64,000 nucleotides of DNA from Minisyncoccota bacterium (GTDB lineage: Bacteria; Patescibacteriota; Minisyncoccia; Phycocordibacterales; UBA6065), in the NCBI GenBank assembly GCA_036400935.1, contig DASWWW010000005.1, positions 21,068 through 85,067 of the forward strand, written 5' to 3'. The notes beneath the pieces were generated by a model. It was not told where the DNA came from. It made no database searches and saw nothing but the letters and a program-made list of their open reading frames with translations. Made by a program: the position numbers and the translations under genes. Shown here one piece after another: positions 54,963 through 63,993 of the stretch (the stretch's first letter is position 1; every line of letters begins with the position of its first letter).

Positions 54963-55036
54963 GGTGACCCTACGGGGAATCGAACCCCGATTACAGCCTT
55001 GAAAAGGCCGTGTCCTAACCATTAGACGATAGGGCC
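54963..55036 (-). tRNA. tRNA-Glu (anticodon TTC), CCA encoded
   Basis: On minus: GGCCCTA-TC-GTCT-AATGGTTA-GGAC-A-CGGCC-TTTTCAA-GGCTG...CGGGG-TTCGATT-CCCCG-TAGGGTC-A-CCA. Confidence 0.8.
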
Positions 55037-55123
55037 GTCGTTCCGCTTTTCGCAGGCCTCAAATATAGCATTTTTTGCGCAATTGGCAAAAAATGCTAGG
55101 ATAACCAGCACTGCAGACCAATT

Positions 55124-55210
55124 GGAGAGATGGCAGAGTGGTCGAATGCACCAGTTTCGAAAACTGGCAGGGGTGAAAGCTCCTCGGGAGTTCGAATCTC
55201 CCTCTCTCCG
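55124..55210 (+). tRNA. tRNA-Ser (anticodon CGA), long variable arm
   Basis: Acceptor GGAGAGA/TCTCTCC. Anticodon arm CCAGT-TTCGAAA-ACTGG. T-arm GGGAG-TTCGAAT-CTCCC. Confidence 0.8.
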
Positions 55211-55285
55211 CCCAACGAAAATCGCAGATAAAAATCTGTGATTTTTATTACCGCAAACAAGGGAAAGTGTGCTAGATTCTAGCGC

Positions 55286-56155
55286 ATGAATGAATCTCTA
55301 CGAGAGCGCATCGCCGAATACGACCGACCAAAACGAAAAGCGCTCTCGAGCCGCTTCCCTTTTCTTGTGGGGCCGGCCACCTTTGTCAGGAAGGCTCAGC
55401 GACACATCAAGAATCTCGCGACTATCAAGAAGCTGAAGAGGGTCGAAGAAATATTTCCATCGGTCGTCGCGAGACACTCCAGTCCGCTCTATCGCAAATT
55501 GGGATCGAGCGACGACAGGCTTCAGAAGAATAAGGTAATTAACCTCGCCAAGGCTATCGAGAAGCTCGACGGCCTCGTCATCCCACCCGGCGAGACATTC
55601 TCGCTCTGGAAGGCGATCGGATCAGTCACGAAAAGAAAGGGCTATGTGAGCGGCATGCTCCTCTCGAACGGAAAAGTATCTGAGGGCATCGGCGGCGGGC
55701 TCTGCCAGCTTTCCAATTTCCTTTACTGGATCTTCCTTCACGCCGACACGCAGATCAACGAGCGCCACCATCATTCGGTTGACGTATTCCCAGACTCGGG
55801 ACGCACGCTCCCCTTCGGCAGCGGCGCCACCATTTTCCACAATTATCTCGACCTCAAAGTAAAAAATACCTCGAAGCGCCCTCTGCAAATCCAGCTCTGG
55901 CTTACCGATAATGCGCTCAGGGGCATGCTCCTGTCGGACGCGCCGGCCGAAAACAAATTCCACGTATTCGAGAGGAACCACCATTTCATAAAATCAGGCG
56001 AAAGATATTTCAGATATAACGAGATCTATCGAGAGAAACTCTTGCGCGGACAGAAAGTCTCCGAGGAAAAGATAATCACCAATTTTGCGCCCGTAGTCTA
56101 CGAGATAGACGAAACCGCGCTCAGGGAGCGCGGTCACGAAATCGTCTATATCTAA
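55286..56155 (+). CDS. VanW-family protein
   Basis: GETFSLWKAIG...GYVSGML...GIGGGLCQLSNFLYW are VanW hallmark motifs. 289 aa. Confidence 0.7.
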   Translation: MNESLRERIAEYDRPKRKALSSRFPFLVGPATFVRKAQRHIKNLATIKKLKRVEEIFPSVVARHSSPLYRKLGSSDDRLQKNKVINLAKAIEKLDGLVIPPGETFSLWKAIGSVTKRKGYVSGMLLSNGKVSEGIGGGLCQLSNFLYWIFLHADTQINERHHHSVDVFPDSGRTLPFGSGATIFHNYLDLKVKNTSKRPLQIQLWLTDNALRGMLLSDAPAENKFHVFERNHHFIKSGERYFRYNEIYREKLLRGQKVSEEKIITNFAPVVYEIDETALRERGHEIVYI

Positions 56156-56163
56156 CGAGATGC

Positions 56164-56985
56164 TTATTTCTTTATATCCGTATCGGGGCTCGTTGTAGTG
56201 CCGGCCATGACGCCGCCGTCGACGATCAATTCAGAGCCCGTAGTGTATGAAGATTCGTCAGAGGCGAGGAACAAGACCGCATACGCGACCTCGTCAGGAG
56301 TGCCGAATCGCTTCATTGGGATATCCTTTGCGAATTTCGCATGATTCGTTTCGAAATCTGCGCCGGTGCCGAGCATGCTCTTCCACATCGCAGTCATAAT
56401 CGACGCCGGATGGACCGAGTTGCAGCGGATCTTGTAGCCCTGCTGCGCGCAGTAGAGAGCGACGGACTTGGTGTGATTGCGAATCGCCGCCTTTGTCGAG
56501 GCATAAGCCGCCGCGCCCGGGACGCCGACATTGCCCGATCGCGAAGACATGTTCACGATCGATCCCCCGTTCCCCTTCATGGCAGCGATCGCGTACTTGC
56601 AGCCGAGGAAGACGCTGTCGAGATTGATCTTGTGGACGAGCTGCCAGTCGGCGAGCGTCGCGTGCTCCGGGTTCTGCGTCCCCTTTCCGAGGATGCCGGC
56701 ATTGTTCACGAGGATGTGCAGGCCGCCGAGCTTGCTCGTAGTTTCTGCGACCGCTGCCTTCCACGAATCCTCGCTGCTCACGTCGAGCTTGATGAAGATG
56801 CCGCCGAATTCCGCCGCGGTCGCCTGGCCAAGAACCTCGTTTATGTCAGCGACAACGACCTTCGCGCCCTCTCGCGCCAAAAGGCCGCCGATGGACTTGC
56901 CGATGCCGTCCGCCCCGCCCGTGACTAACGCAACCTTGCCTGCAACTCGCCCGACCGAATCCGCCATAGCATCTTTTTTTGTCAT
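56164..56985 (-). CDS. SDR-family NAD(P)-dependent oxidoreductase
   Basis: [12 protein letters not shown] (Rossmann), NNAG, and the catalytic triad S...YASTKAA (YxxxK). 273 aa. Confidence 0.85.
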   Translation of the reverse strand: MTKKDAMADSVGRVAGKVALVTGGADGIGKSIGGLLAREGAKVVVADINEVLGQATAAEFGGIFIKLDVSSEDSWKAAVAETTSKLGGLHILVNNAGILGKGTQNPEHATLADWQLVHKINLDSVFLGCKYAIAAMKGNGGSIVNMSSRSGNVGVPGAAAYASTKAAIRNHTKSVALYCAQQGYKIRCNSVHPASIMTAMWKSMLGTGADFETNHAKFAKDIPMKRFGTPDEVAYAVLFLASDESSYTTGSELIVDGGVMAGTTTSPDTDIKK

Positions 56986-57109
56986 AGAAAGGGATTATAA
57001 CATCGGCGTAATGTATACCCAAGAATCTTCGGCTTATAGGCTACAGGCAGCCTCAAGCCTCGCTTATGATTGCCCACATACTCACATATCTTATATACTT
57101 AAGGCCATT

Positions 57110-57445
57110 ATGGCAGACGTACAACCGACTCAAGACAAGGAAAAGAGTGGCTTTATCTATTTCATCCGCACGCAGGGAGTCGTCGGCTTGGCCGTCGGTC
57201 TCATGCTCGGAGGAGCCGTCACGACCTTCGTCAATTCCGTCATAAAGAACCTGATCAATCCCCTGCTCGGCATCGCCCTCGGCCAAGCCAAGAATCTCAC
57301 CGAGGCCAGCTTCACCGTCCTCGACGCAAAGATCATGTACGGCACCGTCATCCTCGACACCATCAACTTCATAGTCATCGCCGCGCTGATCTACTTCTGC
57401 GTCACCAAACTGCGCCTCAACAGGCTTGATAAGCCGAAAAATTAG
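57110..57445 (+). CDS. mscL: large-conductance mechanosensitive channel
   Basis: 111 aa with two TMs. GVVGLAVGLMLGGAVTTFVNSVIKNLINPLLG matches the MscL TM1 and periplasmic loop pattern. Confidence 0.7.
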   Translation: MADVQPTQDKEKSGFIYFIRTQGVVGLAVGLMLGGAVTTFVNSVIKNLINPLLGIALGQAKNLTEASFTVLDAKIMYGTVILDTINFIVIAALIYFCVTKLRLNRLDKPKN

Positions 57446-57481
57446 TGTAAAGTAGTCGTACAAGGCCGTTAAAAGCCTGTT

Positions 57482-57554
57482 GCGCGGTTAGCTCAGTTGG
57501 TAGAGCATCTCATTGACGTTGAGAGGGTCATAGGTTCAAGTCCTATACCGCGCA
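57482..57554 (+). tRNA. tRNA-Val (anticodon GAC)
   Basis: Acceptor GCGCGGT/ACCGCGC. D-arm GCTC-AGTTGGTA-GAGC. Anticodon arm TCTCA-TTGACGT-TGAGA. T-arm ATAGG-TTCAAGT-CCTAT. Confidence 0.8.
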
Positions 57555-57556
57555 CT

Positions 57557-58645
57557 ATGAAAATTCTCGGCATCGAGACATCGTGCGACGAGACGGCGAT
57601 AAGCCTCATCGAAGTCGATCCGGCCGGAACCTCGGTCCGCATTCTCGGCAATACAATCCATTCGCAAGTTCCAGACCACGTCCCGTACGGCGGCGTTTTT
57701 CCTATGCTGGCAAAGCGCGAGCACGAGAAAAATCTCCCCCTCGTACTCGATAGGACCATGGATGAGGCGGGCGCGAAATCTGAAGACGTGGACCTCATAG
57801 CTATCACGATCGGGCCGGGGCTCGAGCCCGCCCTATGGACCGGAATCGTCTTCGCCAAGGAGCTGGCCCAGAAGTGGAACAAAAAGATCGTGCCTGCCCA
57901 TCACATGGAGGGCCACATCTTGGCCGCGCTCATTTCGCAGACCGCCGACGCGCGGGCGTACAAGCTGCTCGAATCCGAGATCGCTTACCCTGCCCTTTCC
58001 CTGCTCATTTCGGGCGGGCATACCCAAATCGTGCTCATTGACTCGATGGGATCGTACAAGATCGCCGGCGAGACGCGCGACGACGCCATCGGCGAGTGCT
58101 TCGACAAGGTCGCTCGCACCCTCGGCCTCGAATATCCCGGCGGACCGAAGATTTCGAAACTTGCCGCTCAGGCGCGCGCTGAAAACATCCAGAGCCCAGA
58201 GCCATTGCCTCGCCCGATGATGACGAGCAACGATCTCGACTTCTCTTTCTCGGGTCTCAAGACTGCCGTTCTCTATCTCGTCCAGAAATTGGTCGCCGAA
58301 AACGGAGGAAAGCCCCTCGACGAGAAAACAATCAAGGGGATCGCCCGCGAGACCGAGGACGCGGTCACTGACGTCGTGCTCGCCAAGGTGCGCAAAGCAA
58401 TCGAAATCTACGGCATCCAGTCGATCATCGTTGGCGGAGGCGTTATCGCTAACAAAAATATCAGAACCCGACTCGAAGAGCTCGCGAACGAATGCTCGAC
58501 GAAGCTTTTCATACCTCAGGTCGACCATTCGACCGACAACGGCCTGATGATCGCCCTCGCCGGCTATTTCAATCGCGGCAAAGCCGTCGACGCGAGCGCG
58601 GAGCTGAAGGCAAAAGGTACTTTGCCACTCGGGCCGAAATCTTAG
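57557..58645 (+). CDS. tsaD: tRNA N6-adenosine threonylcarbamoyltransferase TsaD
   Basis: MKILGIETSCDETAISL, with metal-binding HH motifs (HHMEGH). The ORF-track start at 57497 overlaps tRNA-Val, so I used MKIL. Confidence 0.85.
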   Translation: MKILGIETSCDETAISLIEVDPAGTSVRILGNTIHSQVPDHVPYGGVFPMLAKREHEKNLPLVLDRTMDEAGAKSEDVDLIAITIGPGLEPALWTGIVFAKELAQKWNKKIVPAHHMEGHILAALISQTADARAYKLLESEIAYPALSLLISGGHTQIVLIDSMGSYKIAGETRDDAIGECFDKVARTLGLEYPGGPKISKLAAQARAENIQSPEPLPRPMMTSNDLDFSFSGLKTAVLYLVQKLVAENGGKPLDEKTIKGIARETEDAVTDVVLAKVRKAIEIYGIQSIIVGGGVIANKNIRTRLEELANECSTKLFIPQVDHSTDNGLMIALAGYFNRGKAVDASAELKAKGTLPLGPKS

Positions 58646-58709
58646 GCAACAGCCTATAAACACCAATAAGATAGCCAAAAAACGCTATTTTTGGTATTAT
58701 TTTTCCTAC

Positions 58710-60908
58710 ATGGAACCATCTAAAACGCCTTTCGTAGAGCCAAATATCCCGCCAAAATTCCTCAAGCCGTACGATCCGACAGCGACCGAAGACGCGATCT
58801 ACAAGGGCTGGATGGATGCCGGCTATTTTAATCCGGACAAGCTTCCCGAGCGCCACAAGACGCCCTTCTCTATTGTGCTCCCTCCGCCGAACGTGACAGG
58901 CATCCTCCACATGGGATCGGCTTTTATGATCGCCATCGAGGACATCATGGTCCGCTACGCCCGCATGCAGGGCAAGAAGACGCTCTGGCTCCCGGGCACG
59001 GATCACGCCGCAATCGCCACGCAATCGAAAGTAGAGGGCGAAATCTATAAGAAGGAAGGCAAGCGCCGCCAGGATATCGGCCGCGAGGAGCTTTTGCGCC
59101 GCATCAACGAGTTCGCGCAGCAGAGCCACGATTCTATCGTGAATCAGATCAAGAAGATCGGCGCCTCCGTCGACTGGTCTCGCGAGGCATACACCCTCGA
59201 CGACAAGCGAAACCTCGCGGTACGCACCGTCTTCAAGAAAATGTACGACGACGGCATCATCTACCGCGGCTATCGCGTAGTTAACTGGGATCCAAAGGGC
59301 CAGACCACTATCTCGGACGACGAGATCGTCTACACCGAGGGCAAGGGCAAGCTCTATACGTTTAAATACTCAAAGGACTTCCCTATCTCCATCGCTACGA
59401 CCCGTCCAGAGACGAAAGTCGGCGACACCGGCGTTGCCGTCCATCCTGACGACGCGCGCTACCAGCAGTACATCGGCAAGACCTACAACATCGAGTTCGC
59501 TGGCGAGAAGATCAGCGTCAAAATCGTCGGCGACAAGGAGGTAAATCCTGAGTTCGGCACCGGCGCCGTCGGCGTTACTCCCGCGCACAGCCATGTCGAC
59601 TACGAAATCGCGCAGCGAAACGGCCTCCCTCTCGTCCCCGTCATCAACGAGTACGCAAAGATGAGCGTTCAGGGGCCTCTCCTTGCCGGCAAGAAGACGA
59701 CCGAGGCACGCGAGATCGTCGTCACCTGGCTCAAGGAGCAGGGTCTTCTCGAAAAGGAAGAGGAAATTCCTCAGAACCTCTCTACGGCAGAGCGAACCGG
59801 CGGCACTATCGAGCCATTGCCTAAATTGCAGTGGTTCGTCGACGTGAACAAGAAGATCCCCGCTCGCGACAACCGCTCGCTCAAGGAGCTCATGCTCGAC
59901 GCGGTTCGAAAGGACGGCATAAAGATCATCCCCGAGAACTTCGAGCGCGTATACATGCACTGGATCACCAATCTCCGCGACTGGTGCATCTCTCGACAGA
60001 TCTGGTTCGGCCACCGCATCCCGGTCTGGTACCGCACGGACGCGTCCGGCAAGGAGGAAATCCTCTGCGACGTGAATGCCCCTACAGGCGAAGGCTGGAA
60101 GCAGGACGAGGATACCCTCGACACCTGGTTCTCGTCGGGCCTCTGGACTTTCTCTACCCTCGGCTGGCCTGAGGAGACCGCCGATTTCAAGCTCTACCAC
60201 CCTACGACCATCATCGAGACGGGCTATGACATCCTGCCATTCTGGGTAGCGCGCATGATCCTCATGTCCCAGTACGTCCTCGGCGTCGTTCCGTTCAAGA
60301 CCGTATATTTCCACGGCATCGTCCGCGACGAAAAGGGCCGCAAGATCTCGAAATCCCTTGGCAACAACATCGACCCAGTGGATATGGGCGCGAAATACGG
60401 CGCCGATGCGGTGCGCATGTCGCTCATCGTAGGTACCGGCCCAGGCAGCGATTCGAAAATCAGCGAGAACAAGATCAAGGGCTACAAGAATTTCTCCAAC
60501 AAGCTCTGGAATATCACCCGATTCGTCCTCTCGTCTACAGAGAACGTATCTTATGATGCGAATTTCTCGGCATGGAGCGCCGACGACGCAAAGCTGACCG
60601 CCGAGCGCAAGAACCTTATCAAGGAAATCACCAAGGAGATGGATGAGTACAAGTACCACATCGTATCCGAGAAGCTATACGGCTACGTCTGGCGCGAATT
60701 CGCGGACGTCATACTCGAATCGTCAAAGCCGATCATCGCTTCCGGCTCTCCCGCTGACAAGGCTTCCCGCCAGCAGTTCCTGCTCCACACCCTTGCCGAC
60801 ATGCTGAAGGCTCTCCATCCGTTCATGCCGTTCGTCACCGAGGAAATCTGGAAAGACATGCCGATTGCCGATAAGAAGCCGCTCATTATCGAGACATGGC
60901 CTATATAA
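58710..60908 (+). CDS. valS: valine--tRNA ligase (compact, lacks C-terminal coiled-coil)
   Basis: Class I HIGH (PPNVTGILHMGSAF) and KMSKS (KISKSLGN). Val/Ile/Leu-type editing domain. Neighbour of tRNA-Val. 732 aa. Confidence 0.85.
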   Translation: MEPSKTPFVEPNIPPKFLKPYDPTATEDAIYKGWMDAGYFNPDKLPERHKTPFSIVLPPPNVTGILHMGSAFMIAIEDIMVRYARMQGKKTLWLPGTDHAAIATQSKVEGEIYKKEGKRRQDIGREELLRRINEFAQQSHDSIVNQIKKIGASVDWSREAYTLDDKRNLAVRTVFKKMYDDGIIYRGYRVVNWDPKGQTTISDDEIVYTEGKGKLYTFKYSKDFPISIATTRPETKVGDTGVAVHPDDARYQQYIGKTYNIEFAGEKISVKIVGDKEVNPEFGTGAVGVTPAHSHVDYEIAQRNGLPLVPVINEYAKMSVQGPLLAGKKTTEAREIVVTWLKEQGLLEKEEEIPQNLSTAERTGGTIEPLPKLQWFVDVNKKIPARDNRSLKELMLDAVRKDGIKIIPENFERVYMHWITNLRDWCISRQIWFGHRIPVWYRTDASGKEEILCDVNAPTGEGWKQDEDTLDTWFSSGLWTFSTLGWPEETADFKLYHPTTIIETGYDILPFWVARMILMSQYVLGVVPFKTVYFHGIVRDEKGRKISKSLGNNIDPVDMGAKYGADAVRMSLIVGTGPGSDSKISENKIKGYKNFSNKLWNITRFVLSSTENVSYDANFSAWSADDAKLTAERKNLIKEITKEMDEYKYHIVSEKLYGYVWREFADVILESSKPIIASGSPADKASRQQFLLHTLADMLKALHPFMPFVTEEIWKDMPIADKKPLIIETWPI

Positions 60909-61603
60909 CGAACCTCGTAGAAAGCTATCCGCTCCTCTATGCCGCCATGGGAGGCATCTTGCCCGCCCTCTTTTGGCTGTGGTTCTGGATCCAAGAGGAC
61001 AAACTGAACCCTGAGCCCCGCGGCCGCATCTTCATGGCCTTCCTCGGAGGCATGATAGCGGTAATCCTCGTATATCCCCTTGAAAGGTTCGTTCACCAGC
61101 ACTTTGGCGCCATAAATACGTCGACGATCTTCGCCTGGTCGGTCATCGAGGAGTTCGCGAAGTACCTCATCGTCGCAATAATCGCCCTCCACAGCAAGGA
61201 TTTCGACGAGCCCCTCGACGCCATGACCTATATCATCACGGTCGCCCTCGGATTCGCAGCGCTCGAGAATACCCTCTTCATCCTCCACCCGCTCCTTTCG
61301 GGCGAGGCATTCCAGAGCTTCGTGACAGGCAACGAGAGATTCATCGGAGCCAGCCTCCTCCATGTCGTATGCTCGGGAATCATCGGCTTCTTCCTGGGAC
61401 TCGCCTTCTACAAGAACAAGATATACAAGATGATCTACCGAGTCTTCGGAATCATGCTCGCCGTCGCATTGCACGCGGCATTCAATCTGTTTATAATATA
61501 TAAGAATGGTCAGAAAACCCTTTTCGTGTTCTCTGTCCTCTGGATACTTGTTCTCGTAATACTCCTCCTTTTCGAGAGAATAAAGAAAGTAAAAGCCCCG
61601 TAA
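60896..61603 (+). CDS. PrsW-family intramembrane metalloprotease
   Basis: Multi-TM with EEFAKYL (ExxK), FAALENTLF and HAAFN motifs. 235 aa. Confidence 0.6.
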   Translation: MAYITNLVESYPLLYAAMGGILPALFWLWFWIQEDKLNPEPRGRIFMAFLGGMIAVILVYPLERFVHQHFGAINTSTIFAWSVIEEFAKYLIVAIIALHSKDFDEPLDAMTYIITVALGFAALENTLFILHPLLSGEAFQSFVTGNERFIGASLLHVVCSGIIGFFLGLAFYKNKIYKMIYRVFGIMLAVALHAAFNLFIIYKNGQKTLFVFSVLWILVLVILLLFERIKKVKAP

Positions 61604-61612
61604 TCACACACT

Positions 61613-62068
61613 ATGCAACCTTCAAAAAAATCGTTCTTTGAGCGCCTCACCGGCACCGTAAAGCTGGAGGAAGAAGAGCTTCAGGAAACTGAAGTCGAGG
61701 AAGATGTCCGCGGCAGCATCCTCGAAGAGACCGAGGAAGAGGGCCAGCTCACCGTAGACGTATACCAGACATCTTCTGAAATCGTCATAAAGACCATGGT
61801 GGCCGGAGTCCGACCTGAGGATCTCGACATCAACATCACTCGCGATATGGTCACTATCAAGGGCAAGCGAGAGGCCGCAAAGGAAGTCGACGATCAGGAC
61901 TACTTCCACAAGGAGCTCTACTGGGGCTCATTCTCCCGAACGGTCATGCTCCCCGAAGAGATCGAGGTAGAAGAAGCCGAGGCGGTTGAGCGTCACGGGC
62001 TCCTCGTGATCAAGCTCCCGAAGATCGACAAGGCAAAGCAGAACAAATTGAGGGTAAAGTCGGTCTAG
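61613..62068 (+). CDS. Hsp20/alpha-crystallin family small heat-shock protein
   Basis: ACD region LTVDVYQT...DLDINITRDMVTIKGKRE...LPEEIEVEEAEAVERHGLLVIKLPK. Confidence 0.8.
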   Translation: MQPSKKSFFERLTGTVKLEEEELQETEVEEDVRGSILEETEEEGQLTVDVYQTSSEIVIKTMVAGVRPEDLDINITRDMVTIKGKREAAKEVDDQDYFHKELYWGSFSRTVMLPEEIEVEEAEAVERHGLLVIKLPKIDKAKQNKLRVKSV

Positions 62069-62073
62069 AAAAC

Positions 62074-62099
62074 AAAAAACCGCTTTAAGCGGTTTTTTG
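62074..62099. terminator. bidirectional intrinsic terminator between Hsp20 (+) and RidA (-)
   Basis: aaaaaaccgc-tttaa-gcggtttttt. Confidence 0.65.
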
Positions 62100-62108
62100 T
62101 TTAGCCAC

Positions 62109-62447
62109 CTATTTGAAAGCTACGACCTTTAGCTCCACTCTGGCTCCCAACGGCAAAGATTTAACAGTAACGGTAGTCCTTGTCGGAAGCGGATCCTTTA
62201 AACTGCTACGATAAGCATCATTGAAAGCCTCATAATCATCTTGTTCAGTGAGAAATACAGTGACATCGACGATATCAGTCATCCCAAGGCCGTTTTGCTT
62301 CAGAATGGTCGCAACATTGTCTATTGCTTGAAGTGTCTGCTTGCCAATCTCATCAGAAACCAACTGACCGTTTATCTGACCAATCTGACCGGAAATATAA
62401 TGATGGCTTCCGGCATTCCTGTAAGGGCTCAAAGGAAAGGTTTTCAT
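62109..62447 (-). CDS. ridA: RidA/YjgF family reactive-intermediate deaminase
   Basis: YISGQIG...DIVDVTVFLTEQDDYEAFNDAY...ARVELKVVA. 112 aa. Confidence 0.8.
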   Translation of the reverse strand: MKTFPLSPYRNAGSHHYISGQIGQINGQLVSDEIGKQTLQAIDNVATILKQNGLGMTDIVDVTVFLTEQDDYEAFNDAYRSSLKDPLPTRTTVTVKSLPLGARVELKVVAFK

Positions 62448-62603
62448 GCTTGTAATTATATCTCAATATTGCAAAACCAAGGCTCACCCGCGACTCTCGT
62501 CGGCTCGTCAGCCTCCTCGGTCTGGGCACCGCCTCGCCATCGCTCGCCGTTCGCGATATGGCTCCGGCGTTCTCGCCTGGGCCGCAGCGCCACAGGCGCT
62601 GCT

Positions 62604-62658
62604 TCCAAGCACAAAATGAAAAGCCGCCCGATGGGCGGCTTTTCATTTTGTGCTTGGA
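62604..62658. terminator. 55-nt perfect palindrome (26-bp arms) overlapping the 3' end of tRNA-Phe; terminator for the minus-strand tRNA
   Basis: tccaagcacaaaatgaaaagccgccc-gat-gggcggcttttcattttgtgcttgga. The right arm includes the tRNA-Phe acceptor 3' strand. Confidence 0.55.
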
Positions 62659-62723
62659 CCCAGGCTCGAACTGGGGACCCCTTCCTCTTCAGGGAAGTGC
62701 TCTACCAACTGAGCTATCCAAGC
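62651..62723 (-). tRNA. tRNA-Phe (anticodon GAA)
   Basis: On minus: GCTTGGA-TA-GCTC-AGTTGGTA-GAGC-A-CTTCC-CTGAAGA-GGAAG-GGGTC-CCCAG-TTCGAGC-CTGGG-TCCAAGC-A. Confidence 0.8.
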
Positions 62724-62741
62724 GTTGGTACTGCTTTCAGA

Positions 62742-62969
62742 TTACTGGATCGAAAGCGAGCTCTTTACGGTGTCTATGTATGGCTGGAGGAAGTACAGCG
62801 CTCCAGACAGGACTCCCAATACGACCACCCAATAGACGATCTTGAATGCCAGAGAGGCGCGGTTCGTTCGCTGGAGACCTTTCAGTATCCGATTGTTCTC
62901 CTCGGCCATTTCCCTCGTCTCTATGAGCAATCGATGTTCATCAGGAGTCATACGGAATAGTATACTCAA
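62742..62969 (-). CDS. small membrane protein (hypothetical)
   Basis: 75 aa with one C-terminal TM (IVYWVVVLGVLSGALYFL). Confidence 0.3.
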   Translation of the reverse strand: MSILFRMTPDEHRLLIETREMAEENNRILKGLQRTNRASLAFKIVYWVVVLGVLSGALYFLQPYIDTVKSSLSIQ

Positions 62970-63010
62970 AAATGGCTTAAAAACAAGAAAAATAGTATAG
63001 TTTTCGGTAC

Positions 63011-63085
63011 GCCCACATAGTTCAATGGATAGAACGGCTCACTCCTAACGAGCTGATGTAGGTTCGATTCCTACTGCGGGCACCA
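63011..63085 (+). tRNA. tRNA-Arg (anticodon CCT), CCA encoded
   Basis: Acceptor GCCCACA/TGCGGGC with one A-C mismatch. D-arm GTTC-AATGGATA-GAAC. Anticodon arm GCTCA-CTCCTAA-CGAGC. T-arm GTAGG-TTCGATT-CCTAC. Confidence 0.7.
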
Positions 63086-63086
63086 T

Positions 63087-63599
63087 ATGTATTTCTTGTT
63101 TAGAGAGATCAAAAACACGGGTAGTATACGATTTTTTCAGGCCACCCTCGGACTATTCGTACTTTTCTTTGGCTTTTTAGGCTTTTACTACGGCGTGCCG
63201 CTATGCGACAAATCCAACAACATTGACTGCACGTACTACCTGCTCGCGGCTGTCTTCATACTCTCGCTCGCCGCTACCATAGCGCTACAGGCTTTCAAAG
63301 GCTCTCAGAGGTATATGAATTTCCAAAACAAGCCGACCGTCGAGAGGTTGACGGGTGTGCTGGAAATCTTAATAGGGCCCATCATTGCCTTCATTTATCA
63401 CACCGTTAATCAATTCATGCACGGATGGCCTCAACAGGACAGATGGATGGGAATCTGGTACGAAACCCTGCTAGATGGCCATATAAGCAAGGGAGCGTGG
63501 ATAGATCTTACCGCTATTTTCTTGGCAATATTCTTTGTTGCCGATGGTTTGAGGAGATTGCTGACGAAAAGACCAGTCGACAAGCACACCTCGGTTTAA
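63087..63599 (+). CDS. multi-TM membrane protein (hypothetical)
   Basis: 170 aa with four predicted TMs. Starts 2 nt after tRNA-Arg. Confidence 0.4.
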   Translation: MYFLFREIKNTGSIRFFQATLGLFVLFFGFLGFYYGVPLCDKSNNIDCTYYLLAAVFILSLAATIALQAFKGSQRYMNFQNKPTVERLTGVLEILIGPIIAFIYHTVNQFMHGWPQQDRWMGIWYETLLDGHISKGAWIDLTAIFLAIFFVADGLRRLLTKRPVDKHTSV

Positions 63600-63609
63600 T
63601 TGCGGGACC

Positions 63610-63993
63610 CTACATCCTCCGGCTGTCATACGCCCAGTGCAAGAGCGCCTGGCGCTGCTTCGTATTGCACGACCGGTCTCCTGGGTGGCATTTGCCCTTT
63701 ATTTGAGCTATATGGCGCGCCATGGCCTTCCAGCGCCTGATCTGGCGCTTATCCTCGTCTTCGATGCGGCGGCCCATGTAATAGCGGCAATACCACTGGA
63801 ACCAGCCACGAGGGTCGTCCTTGTAGATCCAGCTTTTGGCCCGCCAGACGGATAGCGGCTGGCTTGCATGGACGCCGAAGCAATTCATGGATGCGACTCG
63901 TTTCGTTGTCCCTTCAGGAGCGAACTTCGCATTTTCAAACCAAGACTTCGGGAATTCGTTCGTGCAGTCGCGCATGTAGATGCCGCCAAACAC
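63610..63993 (-). CDS. hypothetical Trp/Cys-rich protein
   Basis: 127-aa ORF (VWRAKSWIYKDDPRGWFQWYCRYYMGRR). No family recognised. The start is near the window end. Confidence 0.3.
   Translation of the reverse strand: MFGGIYMRDCTNEFPKSWFENAKFAPEGTTKRVASMNCFGVHASQPLSVWRAKSWIYKDDPRGWFQWYCRYYMGRRIEDEDKRQIRRWKAMARHIAQIKGKCHPGDRSCNTKQRQALLHWAYDSRRM

Noticed and set aside
62353-62646. 97-aa ORF between RidA and tRNA-Phe.
   Set aside because: It lies in a GC-rich non-coding spacer and runs into the tRNA-Phe palindrome.
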